The notes: generated from the letters alone by a model not told the origin. 64,000 nt of DNA from Hypanus sabinus (GCF_030144855.1 NC_082736.1:10230001-10294000); one strand, 5' to 3'. Numbered from the stretch's first letter, positions 27,090 through 39,990 are shown. A program made the numbers and translations.

Positions 27090-27161
27090 TCCTCGTTAGT
27101 ATAGTGGTTAGCATCCCCGCCCAACACGCGGGAGACGAAGGTTCAATTCCCCGACGGGGTG
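27090..27161 (+). pseudogene. tRNA-Asp-derived pseudogene (anticodon now AAC)
   Basis: Aligns to vertebrate tRNA-Asp(GTC); anticodon loop CCAACAC instead of CTGTCAC, T-stem disrupted; T4 at 27169-27172. Confidence 0.9.
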
Positions 27162-27639
27162 ACGGTAGTTTTACTGTATTATTATTCAAGATGAATAATG
27201 AATTTTAAACATTAATTGCGGACAAGCAATTCGGTATTGAAGCGATCAGTTCTTTTGATATTGGAAAGGTGGAATAGCCCGGGTACTGTGAGCTCGAGAC
27301 ACGGGGGATCGCAGAAGAGAGAGACATTGGGTTCAACCTCTTTCCTCAAATATAATCCGAGAGAGTCTGTAGCTCAGCACCATTCATTGTTACACTCAGT
27401 GACAGAGTCCATCACTCCGAACACATTTAAACCGTTGCTTTTGTTGTCAGCTATCAACTCCCGCATGGTCCCACCACTTTACTAAAGTTACTGACGAATA
27501 TCAGACCTGATGTAGAGTCCCGGTCCGAAACGTCGACTGTCTATTCTTTTCCATCGATGATGTCTAGCCTGCTGAGTTCCTTCAGCATTTTTTGTGTGTT
27601 GCTTGGATTTCCAGCATCTGCAGATTTCTCTTGTTTGTG

Positions 27640-29400
27640 ACCAATACTAAATGTCATCCTATAACTCGTCATTTTTATCCTCATCTTGTTTTGGTATGCA
27701 AATGGCTCCAGGTACCCTGCAATGCAAAGGGGAACCAGGGCCTCTAACGACCTTTCTTGCCAAGTTTGACTGCACACTATCTGTAAACTTTCCTTGCCAA
27801 GGCGCGACATTAATTTAACTTGCTGTATCTTGCACACTCCCCACTTCCCTTTCGTCCTGTAAAGGACAGCATGGATTGTGGCTGCAGTTGAACTGCACAG
27901 AGAATTTGGGTGTCCTCAGTGATCCTGTCATCGACTATCTGAAGAGGAGGATTGCTGAACTATAATGGAGGCAGCTGATCTTTAAACCATCACTTCAGCG
28001 AGTGCTCTCAGGAAAGACATTAGAACAAATTTCAAAACCGGCAAGAATATAACCCTTGCCCACTGTACACTGGAGTTGCATAAACTTCCTAGCAGCCAAT
28101 GAAGCTAATCAAATGGATTCCAGAGGTCATGTCTCTCCTGCCCAAACTTCTTAACCTTAGTAACTTCTAACGGGATCTTCACGATTAAATTTGTTGACGT
28201 TCCCAGATATAGCAAGTATGTTTGTGGATCATTCCAGACAATGATGTCACAACTACCTCCCCTCTCAGGCAACAGAAAGTTTAATGCTGTTCAGTTTTGA
28301 AAGGCCACATTGCAGTTTTCTGCCACCTTGTTGGAAAAGTCTTTGGTGTCCAGACTTGTTTCATATAGGATTATGGCGGTGTTGTTAGCCAATTGCTGCA
28401 ACACTGGGTCCATATTCATTCTCTCAGGACACCGTAAGGTAGGTCTCCAGAACAGGAACACTACAATCCAGTAACGTTCATCGTTCTCCTTCATCCGTCA
28501 ATGCTGGCAGGTGTTACATATTTGCTGCTATGTACGCCAAAGAACAATAACCCCTTATCAGCTTTTGTTCAGGGCAAAGACCCATTTAAAGGCAAAACTG
28601 ATATCCTTGCAAACAACAGTAGGCCTGCCAGCCAATACTGTAAGTGTCAGTACCAGAAGTTGTTGCATCACTGGTGACATAGACATTGCACGTATTGTAA
28701 CCTAAATCTGATCCCGTTACTCAGTAATTGCAATAACAGACTTCACCATTATCCTCATGAAGCATCTTCAGAGCAGAAGATGTATGCAGTCCATTATGAG
28801 CAGTTTAATGCCATCGGTCCATTGGCAAGTGTAATTTCGCTGACCAGTGCTGCCTTCACAGCTCTGATCATGTTATTGAAGTGGAAAACAGAATCAAACT
28901 CAGTACAATTGAGGGGTAGAGGCTACACTGTTAACCCACCTTCCGAATAAATGGGTCCCCTACAGCACTTTCAACAACTTGACCGTTTAGTAACAACATG
29001 TTTTCATAACTCAGGGTCATGTTCTTTGAGTGGAACAGGAGCTGTGTCGCCTCATCTTTGACATGAGGTGCACAAACCACATATCCACTGACATTTTCCC
29101 AGTATCACATCGGGAGAAGGAGCCATTAGGGCCAAAAATTGACACATGGGCTCAGGAGGCATTTTACAACGGGCAGAATTATATAATTGTACAAGTTCTA
29201 CAGTACAGTTTGGGATAAGGTTACTTAAAGCAAACTTTGCTGTCGGTGGTGGTAGTGGTAGTCGAGACTGAAAATGAGCTTCATCACACCTGCCTTGGCA
29301 CTGAGGGCATCTCTGAGCTCAGTAGCCAGGCTGTCCATAAACAAAGTGCACCTTCCACTGACGTCTCAATCTTTTACCCCTACCGTGTCCATTACCAACA
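27640..29400 (-). mobile_element. Decayed endogenous retrovirus 3' part: gamma-type env, PPT and start of 3' LTR
   Basis: CQWICG (about 29095-29075), GYCSLAYI (about 28554-28530), ISU domain VAFQN*TALNFLLPERGGSC (28308-28249), PPT AAAGGGAAGTGGGGAG (27852-27837) followed by TGT at 27836. Confidence 0.8.
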
Positions 29401-30199
29401 TCCCCATGTTTGATGAAGTGAATAAAGGAACTGCACAATCCATCCATTTAGAATGGTTTGTTTATTTATTTATTTATTTTGCTAAATAACACTATACATT
29501 CTTCAGAACAGAAATAGTACCAGTCACAAGTGGGTGACAACTCAAATGCTGGTAAAGCAGATAAAGTTGAAACTAAACTTAGAAGGAAATTGTAAATAGA
29601 AATTAATCTAGTAATGATCAGCAACAATGTGATCACTGTCATTTTTATTAAATATAGAACAATACAAGTTAAAATAACATTCCAATTGTATATGGAAGCT
29701 GTCATAATATGTTTATACAACATTCGATGTTAATGAGAGACAATGGTAGAGCGGTCCAGGGGGTCCCCATTCCTCACACAAATATTATGCATTCCCTTAA
29801 CATTTTGAATCACTTGATTTCATGTGGAATTATTATAAACATGACAGAATTTTACCTACCTCTTTTCATCTCGAACAAGTAACATTCTACTTTTTCCGGA
29901 ATCGGGCCTGTGACCCATTCACAATAACATTCATTACGTTAGAGTAAATCCGTGTACTTCTGAAATACCTTGTAAGCGTACCTTACAAATTCATTCATTC
30001 ATCTGCTTCTTTTTTGCAATACTGTGTATCTCATGTTAACATTGAGTGTAAAGGAAACACTTCATTTCAACATACCATATTAGTTGAGAGTGCATGAAAG
30101 TCACCATACCGATCATTCTCACACAGTGCTATTGAAAGCCTCTGACTGTGGTTTACACCAGCCTCATCAAGTACTCAGGGGTACTACTTGGGTGAGTTT

Positions 30200-30725
30200 T
30201 GTTCTAACTGTGCCTGGGGGATGCAGAGGAACAGGGAATTATAAACATCATTATCTCCTCAGTCTCTGGAACCGGGTGTTTCTTGCTAGACACTGTGGTA
30301 GACTGTTCTTTCTTTGCCTTTTCATTCTCTAACTTTAATTCGCATTCTCTGCTCCTACTGCGAGAATCAACTAAATATGTTCGCATTTCACTCTTCCAGT
30401 GAACAATCACAGGACACTTAAACGTTTTCTCCCATTTCTCTCCTTCCATCTACACTTCTGCAAGCATTCTCTTCTTCCATTCCACCCACTTCTCAACATA
30501 TTTCATAGTTTCTGCTCCGGAGCACACGCCACCGGAGTTTTCTCAAGTGACCAGGACAGGGACTCTCACGTGACCATTCAGACACACAATCAAGGCACTC
30601 ACTCATACTTCAGAATTCACTTTCGCTCGGAATCGCTTCTTTCGTGCATCATGGAATCGAATCTAGCGCAAGGCACTCTCTGTCCATCATGAGGCGATAG
30701 GATTCAATCCAACACGAGGCCCCCT
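30200..30725 (-). mobile_element. Possible ERV leader and gag N-terminal remnant
   Basis: Degenerate tRNA-Pro-PBS-like AGGGGGCCTCGTGTTGGAT (30725-30707), then a Trp/charged MA-like frame (MKYVEKWVEW...); same strand as and upstream of the env. Confidence 0.35.
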
Positions 30726-31619
30726 CTTTCCCTATTGACTCATGGGATCCAGCACGGCCCGAGGCAGCTACTGTTTCCATTTGTTCACTCACTTGATTCA
30801 AGCCCATCTAATGCTCCTGTGTTACTGTTGCAGATTTCCTACATTTGACAAAGGTGATGGACTACTCCACACAAGAGGAATTCTGTGTGAGGACTGATCA
30901 GCTAGTGGGGTTGAATTCCTTTCTATTGTACAATAATTCAAGGGTTCGGTATCTCAGTACAAGTGTGTATACATTATGCAACCTCGAGATTCCTCTCCTA
31001 ACGAGCAGCCACAAAAACAGGGACGCCCCCTATCAAAGCATAGAAACAGGAAGACCGTCATCACCCAATGTCAGAGAGAACACAAACGCAAGCGAACACC
31101 ATTCTGAACTGAATTCCGCTAGCGAGCCCACAGTTCAAAGCAGAGCCGAGTGAACTTGGGGAACAGTGATATGAGGGCCTTGGCACCCTGATATTTTCAG
31201 TTTGGTCCGGCACCTCAATCGATGGCCAAACGTCGGGTGTAATCGCTTCGATACGCTCTAGGACCTGGACCTTGTCGCATCGATCTGATTCCCGATTCGG
31301 CACGGCGATTAAGTTTCCGTCCAAACATCGAGTTCAGTGGAATCGGTATGCGCTGGTGCCCGAGCGTCATCACCTCCATTCGGCCTTTGGCAAGGCGCTG
31401 AAATTGATCGAACCTTGAGTCCGTTTCCCTCTTGGCGACCGGCCTGCCTCCTCACCTTGCTGCGGTTCTGCCACTGCGAATTACCCTAATGACCTAAGGG
31501 AAATTACAGATTATTACAGTAATCGTTAGCCAGAAAAATCTGAATTAACAAAAATGTATTTCGTGTTTCATTAGCCACCAACGAGAAATCGCTTAAATTC
31601 ACCATCACCATCTTAAATC

Positions 31620-32720
31620 CATTTCGAATCAACACCCACAGAGATTATCCTGAAGTCACCCATAGTGATAACCCTGTTTTTGTTCCTTCCTATAATTTGT
31701 CTCTGTGACTGATGGAGATGAGGCTGTGTAATATAATCCCATCCGATTGTTTGCCCTTCCTTAATATTGTAGCCTCACTCTTAATGCTTCTCACATTCAA
31801 CTGAACACATTTCAATCCATCTGTCCTGTCGTTTATATCCCCGAACTCCTAGCCATCCATCATACAGCATTACTGAGCATGGCACCTAATTTATATTCAA
31901 TCCCTCCATTCAGTGACTGGTGTTCTGGTTCACATCCCCCTGTCAATCTCGATTCAACCCTCCCGGGGTGCAGTAATGAACTTTATGATACTGACCCTCC
32001 TCCAGTGACGGTGCAAACTATCACTCTTGTACATATCATCCCTGCACCAGGAGGATTCCCAGTGATCAGGTCAATGCAAGCTCGCTTTTCCCTCGGAGGC
32101 GGGGTGGGACTCCAAATGGAGATCAGGGGCTGAGGCTGGTTGGTGATAAAGTTTAATGAGAACACAAAGGGAAAATTTATTCACTCTGATGTGGGTGCTG
32201 GAACGAGCTGCCAACAAGTGATGCATGCAAGTTTGATGTCAACTGTTAAGAGAAGTTTAAGTAGGTACTTGGATCGTAGGAGTATGAAGGGATATGTTCC
32301 CAGTGCAGGTCGATAGGAGTGGGCAGATTAAAGGATTGCGCGCAGATTAGATGGAACGAATGACCTGTTTCAGTGCTATACTTTTCTATGGCGATATGAA
32401 TCTATGATCCAAAATCCTGAACCTCTGCCCCTGCACCAGCTCTTTGGTCACTCATTCATCTGCTCTAACTTTCTCTTCCTACCCCCACTACCACACGGTA
32501 CTGGGAGTCACCCAGAGATTACAACCCTTCAGGTCCCGCTCTTTAACTTCTTCCCTAACTCTCTATATTCACAGTACAGGGCATCATCTCCTTTCTATCT
32601 GTCCATTGTTACCGACGAGAACCACCACCTCCGGCTGAATAAACGCTGACCCCCTTGAGAGATTTCTCCATCTGCTCGGAGACGTCCCTGACCCTGGCAC
32701 CAGGCAGGGGACACGCCGGT
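31620..32720. mobile_element. Composite CR1: inverted ORF1 remnant with a CR1 3' end inserted (about 32070-32400, +)
   Basis: CCTGGCACCAGG esterase-region sequence on minus; CR1 3' tail ending TTCTATG...TCTATG. Confidence 0.65.
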
Positions 32721-34133
32721 TTATGATGATGCTGGTGATGCACGGCGATCACTTGCCAGTATCAAACAAAACCACAAACTACTTTATGAATCACACATTC
32801 TCAGCAAAACGATCACTGCAATCAAAATGCTGTTGCTTGCAACTCGGAGTTGAGTTTCCAACCGCCTATACGAACTGTAGTTTTTGCGGTGTGAACTGCA
32901 GTTTTGAAGCCGCGGGATGGTTGTGCGTGGCGCATACGGACCGAATCGAGGCGATGGGGCCCGGGCCGGAGAGTGGGGAATGAGACAATGTTGGGCCACT
33001 CCTGGAGCAGACATGGAAGTGATTCGATGTGACAGAGCTGAGGCGGGACAAGCGGACCTAATGCAGAGTATTGCCTGACCTAGCTTTTACCCAGTGAGCC
33101 CCAGAGCCACTCTCAGCTCCTCAGCTTCTCCTTCATTCTGAGGAAAGCAAAGCCAATCCATCCAGTCCCACCTCATCACGGAAAGGCCACATGCCGGACA
33201 ACATCCCGGTGAATCTGCTCTACACTGTCAGGGAGGTTCATTGCTGCTACCATGGGATTAGCGGGGGGAGGGGAACCAGAGCACCAGGTCACAGATCACA
33301 GTGCAGTCATGTTCTTCCTACAGTGTGTCGCCCAGAACTGCACACAGTACTCCAGCGGTGTGGGAAACCAAATATTAGCAAGCTGGTGCCTGACACCTCT
33401 TTGTTAATCTAATATCTCTTTATTTTCTGTCAATAAATACTACACCACCCAATAGACTCACTGTTCTTAATTTAAAATTTCAGCGAGAAATCAGCTAATA
33501 TAACAAATCGTTGGCATTAACATTGTCCTGATGAGGGTTCTACCCAAATCGGCGTTTATTTCTAACCTCCCATCGACAGACCAGTAGACCATTTTATATG
33601 TCTGTTTGGTTTTATATCTCGCTCTTTATTTCCCTTTTAAAATATTTGTTATTTTCCTTTCCTTGGGCCCGGTGTGGAGATTTGACTTTCCCAACACATA
33701 CCCTCCATACCACCACCACCCCCCCAGTCGAGCATTTTTCATGAATTATTTGTATCATTTGAAGGCTTCTCATTAGCTGCTCTGATTGACAGCTTATTCG
33801 GACCCCACTCTTCGCACTGGTGGTATGTCTTACAACAGGGTATAGTTTTCATTTCGGCCAGTCATTCAGAGTGGTGGTGGATTGTGAAGAAATGTCATCA
33901 GAATTTACAGACGCCTCCAATATTGATTAATCTGAGGATTAACAATGTATCGATGGTGTTGTGCCTGGGCTTAGATTGGCTTCATGTACAGATGATGGGG
34001 TCTGTGGAAAAGGGGTTGCAATACTGCCTATGTGGTAAGGTCTGAACAAGCAGTGTTAGCAGCAATGGAAGAATGGTCTTTGGACTGGGTTTTAAATTTT
34101 CTGTGTCTAAATCAAAATGTGTGTGTTTTTCAA

Positions 34134-34360
34134 AAGCAAACACGAGGAAATCTGCAGATGCTGGAAATTCAAGAAGCACACACAAAATGCTGGTGGAACA
34201 CAGCAGGCCAGGCAGCATCTATAAGGCGAAGCACTGTTGACGTTTCGGGCCGAGACCCTTCGTCAGGACTATCTGAAAGGGAAGATAGTGGACAGTGCTT
34301 CTCCTTATAGATGCTGCCTGGCCTGCTGTGTTCCACCAGCATTTTGGATGTGTGTGTTTT
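34134..34360. mobile_element. Penelope-derived pLTR inverted repeat containing a hammerhead-ribozyme-like core
   Basis: About 56-bp near-perfect inverted repeat (34183-34238 vs 34291-34347); minus strand CTGACGA-AGGGTCTCGGCCC-GAAA-CGTC at about 34266-34239. Confidence 0.75.
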
Positions 34361-35284
34361 ACTCGGAAACATGGTGCGGATTATATTCGCCTTACAGTGT
34401 ATGAGAGTTTGTTGTCTAGTATTCCTGTGCTTAAAAATATCGTTCTTAGGCTGATATGGAGAGCATATATGTAATACTTAACCAACAGGCTGGTATATGT
34501 CTAAGGGAAAAGGAGATCCATCCACACACCACCCCCACCTCCCACAAACGCAGGTACTGTGAGAATTAAATTTATGCATCGCGCACGCACACAGTATCAA
34601 ATTCACACCAGATACCGTTATGAAATACACTTTAAAGAGTTTACTAAAACTAAAAGAGTACTAGGCAATACAATATATATGAAAGAAAAGAAAAAGTAAA
34701 AGGCGCCAACTTATCAAAGTTAAGTCAGTTTAGTGCACATCGTTGGAGCTCAACCATCGAACCATCCGACCGTCCCCTCGTCGCTTGCCTCCGACCTCCA
34801 CGTCGGATGTTCTACAGACCAGTGCACTTTGACTCTGTAGTGGAGCATTTCAGACCACAGCTAGAGATGCATCGGAGGTCAAACAAGGCGAGATGTTTGG
34901 CGACATGCCGAGAGGAGAAAATGAGCCCTGCAAACTGGACTTGGTTACTAGGGTGAGGAAGCACCGTCAGACTAATTCTGTTTTAATGGTTTGTTGGGAA
35001 TATACCAGCAGAGCTGATAAATGTTTTCTGCAGACACTTACAGAATATGGGTGGGAATATGGTCCTGGGGATTTTTGGACAAGTGTTCCAGCCAGGAGGT
35101 CCATCATGAACATTTCCAGCTGTGGGAATAGATTTGAGATTACTAGAGGATAAACAAATTCTTGTGGTGGTGAGAGGGCGTCTTGTCGTTTATGCAGCTA
35201 GTATTATTTCCTTTTTGCCTATCTTTACAGATGGTTCTAAAAACCCAGTTAGTAACCGGGTGGGCTCAGGGGTATTTATCCACA

Positions 35285-36580
35285 GCTGCCCCCCTCACTC
35301 AACTCCCTGCAGTGTGCGGACCGTCCCAACCGCGCAACAGACGACGCCATTGCCATCAACCTCGACCTGACCCTAACCCACCTGGACAAAATAAAAGACA
35401 GACACGTTCGGATGATGTTCATAGACTTCAGTTTAGCATTCGACGCAATCATCGCTCAGAAACTGATTGGAAATCAGAGCCTATTGGGTCTGTACACCTC
35501 CCTCTCCCACTGGAACCTAGACTTCCTGACGGAGACCTTTGTCAGTTCGGACCGGGAGCAACACCATCACACTGAGCACGGAGGCCCCCCGGGGCTGTGA
35601 GCTCCTTCCAGTGCTGTTCACTCTGCTGACTCACGATTGTTCTGCAACACACAGCTTGAACCACATCATCAAGTTCGCCGATGACACGACTGTGCGGGGT
35701 CTCATCAGCAAGAACGAGTCAGCTTACAGAGAGGAGGCGCAGCGGCTAACGGACTGCTGCAGAGCCAACAACCTGTATCTGAACGTGAACGAATCAAAAG
35801 AGATAGCTGTTGACTTCAGGAGAGAACGGAGCGACTACTTCCGGCTGACGTCGACGGCTCCTCGGCAGAGGACGTTAAGAGCACCAAATTTCTTGGTGTT
35901 CACCTGGCGGAGAATCTCACCTGGTCCCTCAACACCAGCTCCATAGCAAAGAAAGTCCAGCAGCAACTCTACTTCCCGCAAAGGCTGAGTAAAGTCCATC
36001 TCCCATCCCACATCCTCATCACATTCTACAGGGGTTGTATTAAGAGCATCCTGAGCAGCTGCATCCCTGCCTGGTTCGGAAATTGCACCATCTCGGGTCG
36101 CAAGACCCTGAGCGTATAGTGAGGTCAGCTGAGAAGGTCATCGGGGTCTCTCTTCCCGCCATCACGGACATTTACACTACATGCTGCATCCGCTAAGCAA
36201 ACAGCATCATGAAGAACCCCATGCACACCTCATACAAACTCTTTGCCCTCCTGCCGTCTGGGAAAAGGCACCGAAGCATTCGGACTGTTACGACCAGACT
36301 TTATAACAGTTTCTTCTCCCATGCAATCAGACTCCTCAATACTCAGACCTGGACTGACACCTTACTTCCCTATTGTCCTGCTTATTAATTATTCTAATGC
36401 CTGCACTGTTTTGTGTACTTTATGCAGTCTTGGGTAGGTCTGTAGTCTAGTGTAGTTGTTGTTTATTTTTCTCTGTGTTGCTTATTACATAGTTCAGTCT
36501 AGTTTTTGTACTGTGTCATGTAACACCATGGTCCTGAAAAACGTTGTCTCATGTTTACTGTGTACTGTACCAGCAGTTAT
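35285..36580 (+). mobile_element. Rex1/Babar LINE 3' half
   Basis: [25 protein letters not shown] motifs; 3' UTR shared with 47110-47400 and 52870-53185. Confidence 0.9.
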
Positions 36581-36764
36581 CTATACAACAGAACTTATGG
36601 CAATTATCATTAGTCTGCAATTGGTTGAACATGTCAAACAGAGTTGTTATCTGCCCAGACACTGCCTCGGTAATGTAGAGTTTGTAATCGAAGTCTTTAA
36701 GAAGACCACAGCTGATCTGTTGATGGAAGTGTATTATGATCTATATGCTCTGAAGTGTGGGGGA

Positions 36765-37150
36765 AGAACACAGAACACAGAACATAGAAATTTACGGCAC
36801 ATTACAGGCCCTTCGGCCCAAAATGTTGTCCAGACCATGTAACCTACTCTAGAAATTCCCTAGAATTTCCAAGAGGCTCCTAAAAGACCGCATTGTATCC
36901 GCCTCTACCACCACCGCCGGCAGAGCATTCCACTTACCTACCACTCTGTGTGAAAAACTTAATCCTGTCATCCTTCCAGTATTTATTTCCAAGCCCCCTA
37001 AAACTATGCACCCTCGTGTTAGGCATTTCACCCCTGGGGGGGGGGAGCCTCTGGCTATCCACAGGATCAATGCCCCTCATCATTGTATACATCTCTATCA
37101 GGTTACCTCTCAGGCTTCGTCGCTCAGAGGAGAAAGGCCCAAGTACACTC
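36765..37150 (-). mobile_element. CR1 3' fragment nested in the Nimb relic
   Basis: RRSLRGNLIEMYTMMRGID translation; (AGAACAC)n tail at 36765-36790. Confidence 0.8.
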
Positions 37151-38647
37151 ACCAGTGTGTACAGTTTTCATTGGCACCTACACATCTGGGTGTGTTGGGT
37201 AATGAAAGGGCAGATGTTACAGCTAAACAGACACTTGCTAAGTCTGAGGTAGATATTATAGTTCATATGCGAAAGCATGAAGTCAAATGTTGTACTAGGT
37301 TGCCTGGGGTTTGGAAATAGTAGACAGTCTGTAATAACAGTTCCACAGGGAGGTGGTATTATAGTTTGTTTCTAGCAATCCAAGAGTGGTACCTTTTGGG
37401 AAAGAATAGGAAGGAAGATGTGTGGTTTATGTGACTAATTGTCGGACATACGGGTTTGCACTTCTCATTGGCATTTGTTGGGTAGCAGGGGGGGTGTGTC
37501 ACGTGATTTTTGTAATGTCCCAGAGAGGGTGAAACACGTGATCATGATGTGCCACAGATATTATTTGGAACGAAGGAAGCTGTTTAGACATGTAATGGGT
37601 GGAACTGTGGCGCCCAATTGGCAGGATATACTGGCACCTGAGGCAGGGACGGTTATGTCGTGTTGGACCCTATTCAACGTTTTAGCTAAAATAGATTTGG
37701 GACGTAGCATCTGATCCCCATCCAGCTTCCCTTCGTATTCCATTACAGTAGGTGGTGCTAATGCACCTGATGGGAGAAAGTAGGAGGAGAGTGTAATGTT
37801 GAGGCGGGAAAAGGCAATAAAAGTGACGACTTGTTTGTCCTGCAACCAATACGTGTTGCGGCGGTTACCAGCTCATTGATGTCCTCTGTTGGCGGCTGGG
37901 TGTAACACAGGACCTAGACCCTCAATGGCCTCTGAGGCAGCTGGGTGATTTATTGACCTCAATGTGTCTTCTCTTTATCATTTTCCGGCCCAGGAGTCCG
38001 GATGTTTCGTTCACGTCATCGTGCAAGTTAAATAAATCCACAACTTGATATACTCATGACTCGATTGACGGCATTCCCGACTGCAGGGAACAATGTTAGT
38101 TTGGGTATTTAATGACCATTCCGTTTCAGTCTGCAAGAATCTGACAAGTGATTTCTGATTGAAATATTTAGTCCTTAATTTGACGTGAATGCGAATTTCC
38201 TAAAATTTCCTGTTTTTATTCAGGACTAATGTGCAGTCTTGCGTTTGGTGAAACATTTAATTCATCCACTGTTACGTCGGTCTTTTAAATTAATACTCTG
38301 ATTTCAAAAAGCCTGTTGCTGCTCTTTGCCTTAAATTCCTTCAGTTTTGCAGGTCAGTGGTGTGGGGCCGTCAGACAGTCCCGTCTCCTTTTCTCCCTGA
38401 CGCAGCTCCCCACAGTGAGAATAAATCGAGGAGAGGTCAGCATATCTTCATATACAGAAGGGATGAAAGGGCATGCGTAGTGATCGGGAAGAGAAACTGA
38501 GGTTAGATGAGCGACCAGGATCGAAATGAATGGCGGAGTTGTCTCGAAAAGCCGAATAGCCTACTCCGACTTCTATTTTCTATCTTTCAAAGTCCAACCT
38601 TTGGGATCAGAATCTCAGACAGAAGACGTCATCGTTCATTTGCCACT

Positions 38648-38709
38648 GGGGACGTAGCTCAGTGGAGGAGCGCATGTGTGAAGTCCAGGGTTCAAACCCA
38701 GCATTTCAA
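38648..38709 (+). pseudogene. tRNA-Ala pseudogene lacking the anticodon loop
   Basis: GGGGACGTAGCTCAGTGGAGGAGCGCATG joined directly to TGTGAAGTCCAGGGTTCAAA; 9-nt deletion relative to 40700-40771. Confidence 0.88.
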
Positions 38710-39694
38710 CACTGTTGTTTGTGAAGTTTGAAAACTAGGTGGAAAATCCCAGATGAAGATATTTTCCGCACGATGTTTGGCCTTTCATTGCCTCGTTGAG
38801 ACGCCGGGATAATCCTGTGACACGTGGGACAGTTTAGAATCATTCCTTGCTGTATATCAGTCCTCGGCAGGGGAATACTAAAAACACCCGCACATTTCGG
38901 GAAGGGACGGAAGCTCGGCCGTGATCTTCCGAACATGAGAGCAACAACTATAATTCTCATTGAAACCTACTGAAGGTTGAAGGACCAAGACAAGGTGGAC
39001 GTGGAGAAGATGTTTCCTATGGTGGGGGACTGTGGTAAGGAGGATCTTGTTTTTAGCCAGAGTAACAAATCTGTGGAATTTCAGCCGCAGACTGCGGTGG
39101 ATGCAAGTGCATGGGGTTGAGTGGGAACCGGGATCAGCCGTGATGGAACGGCGGAGCAGACTCGCTGAGCTGAATGACCGATTTCTGTTTCTATGTCGTA
39201 TGGTTTTATGGTCTAACTAAATCCCGATGAAGGGATTGTTTGAGGTACGTACTTGCGATGCGGAAACCAAGTCCGCATCTAAATCCGCGAGTTCCGTTCA
39301 CAGGGAGGCGAGGTGAACTTCCAGTTCAACTTGGAATCCAAAACTTATTCAATGATCAGGACAGGGTGGGAACGTAAATGGGACCTCGGGATTGAATGTA
39401 GTGACTTCCGAGTGTGGCTCAAAATGTTGCTTTTTGATAAGAAGCCCCAGAAGATGGATGAATTGTCCATGTTAACAATTAAATAAGGTAAAGCACATTC
39501 AATGGTGAAATATGTGGAACGAGGTGCAAGATGGGATAAAGCATAAACGACACAGAGAGAATAACTGGGTGGTCCAGAAAGTAAGGAAGAAAGAAACGAA
39601 AGTGGAGACAGAAAGAGGTAAAACAAGGAATTATCAACAGAAGTGAAGTAATTGGGTATGAATAAGCGGGAAAGATGGAATTGATGCAACATGG

Positions 39695-39990
39695 ACAGAC
39701 ACAGACGGAGACCCAGACATGTACAGACACCGGCACAGACACAGATAAGACCTAAACATATACAGGCATCGACACACCATAGACAGAAACAGACACAGAC
39801 AGAGATGCGGACATTATACAGACACAGACACAGACTGAGACATGCACAGACATTGTCAAGACAAAGACATATACAAGCACCGACACAGACACAAACAGAA
39901 ACATAGACCCGGACTTATGCAGATACGCAAAAACACACATCCACACCAAGACACACACGCGGAAACACGCTCAGAACGACACACGCACAC
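39695..39990 (+). repeat. Degenerate (CAGACA)n/(CA)n microsatellite
   Basis: Repeating ACAGAC/ACACAG units. Confidence 0.85.

Larger units (their letters stand above)
34810..37790 (+). mobile_element. I-clade (Nimb-like) LINE 3' relic with RNase H, split by two insertions
   Basis: IFTDGSK (about 35220), YTTELMAI (about 36585), PTHLGVLGNERADVTAK (about 37175), FCNVPERVKHVIMMC zinc knuckle, 3' motif CAGTAGGTGGTGCTAATGCACC. Confidence 0.8.

Noticed and set aside
29460-29910. Possible L1/Tx1 3' end on minus with (TAAA)n tail
   Set aside because: Only the tail and a weak EEW motif; family cannot be supported
32780-33060. CpG-rich patch with two GAACTG(T/C)AGTTTT motifs (ZNF143-like)
   Set aside because: No linked exon or RNA gene found; motif match is partial
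34555-34810. Possible partial LTR starting TGTGAGAATT
   Set aside because: Only one terminus and no TSD
38335-38420. Possible small exon (TTTTGCAG acceptor, GTGAGA donor)
   Set aside because: Splice-like motifs alone are too common and there is no coding support
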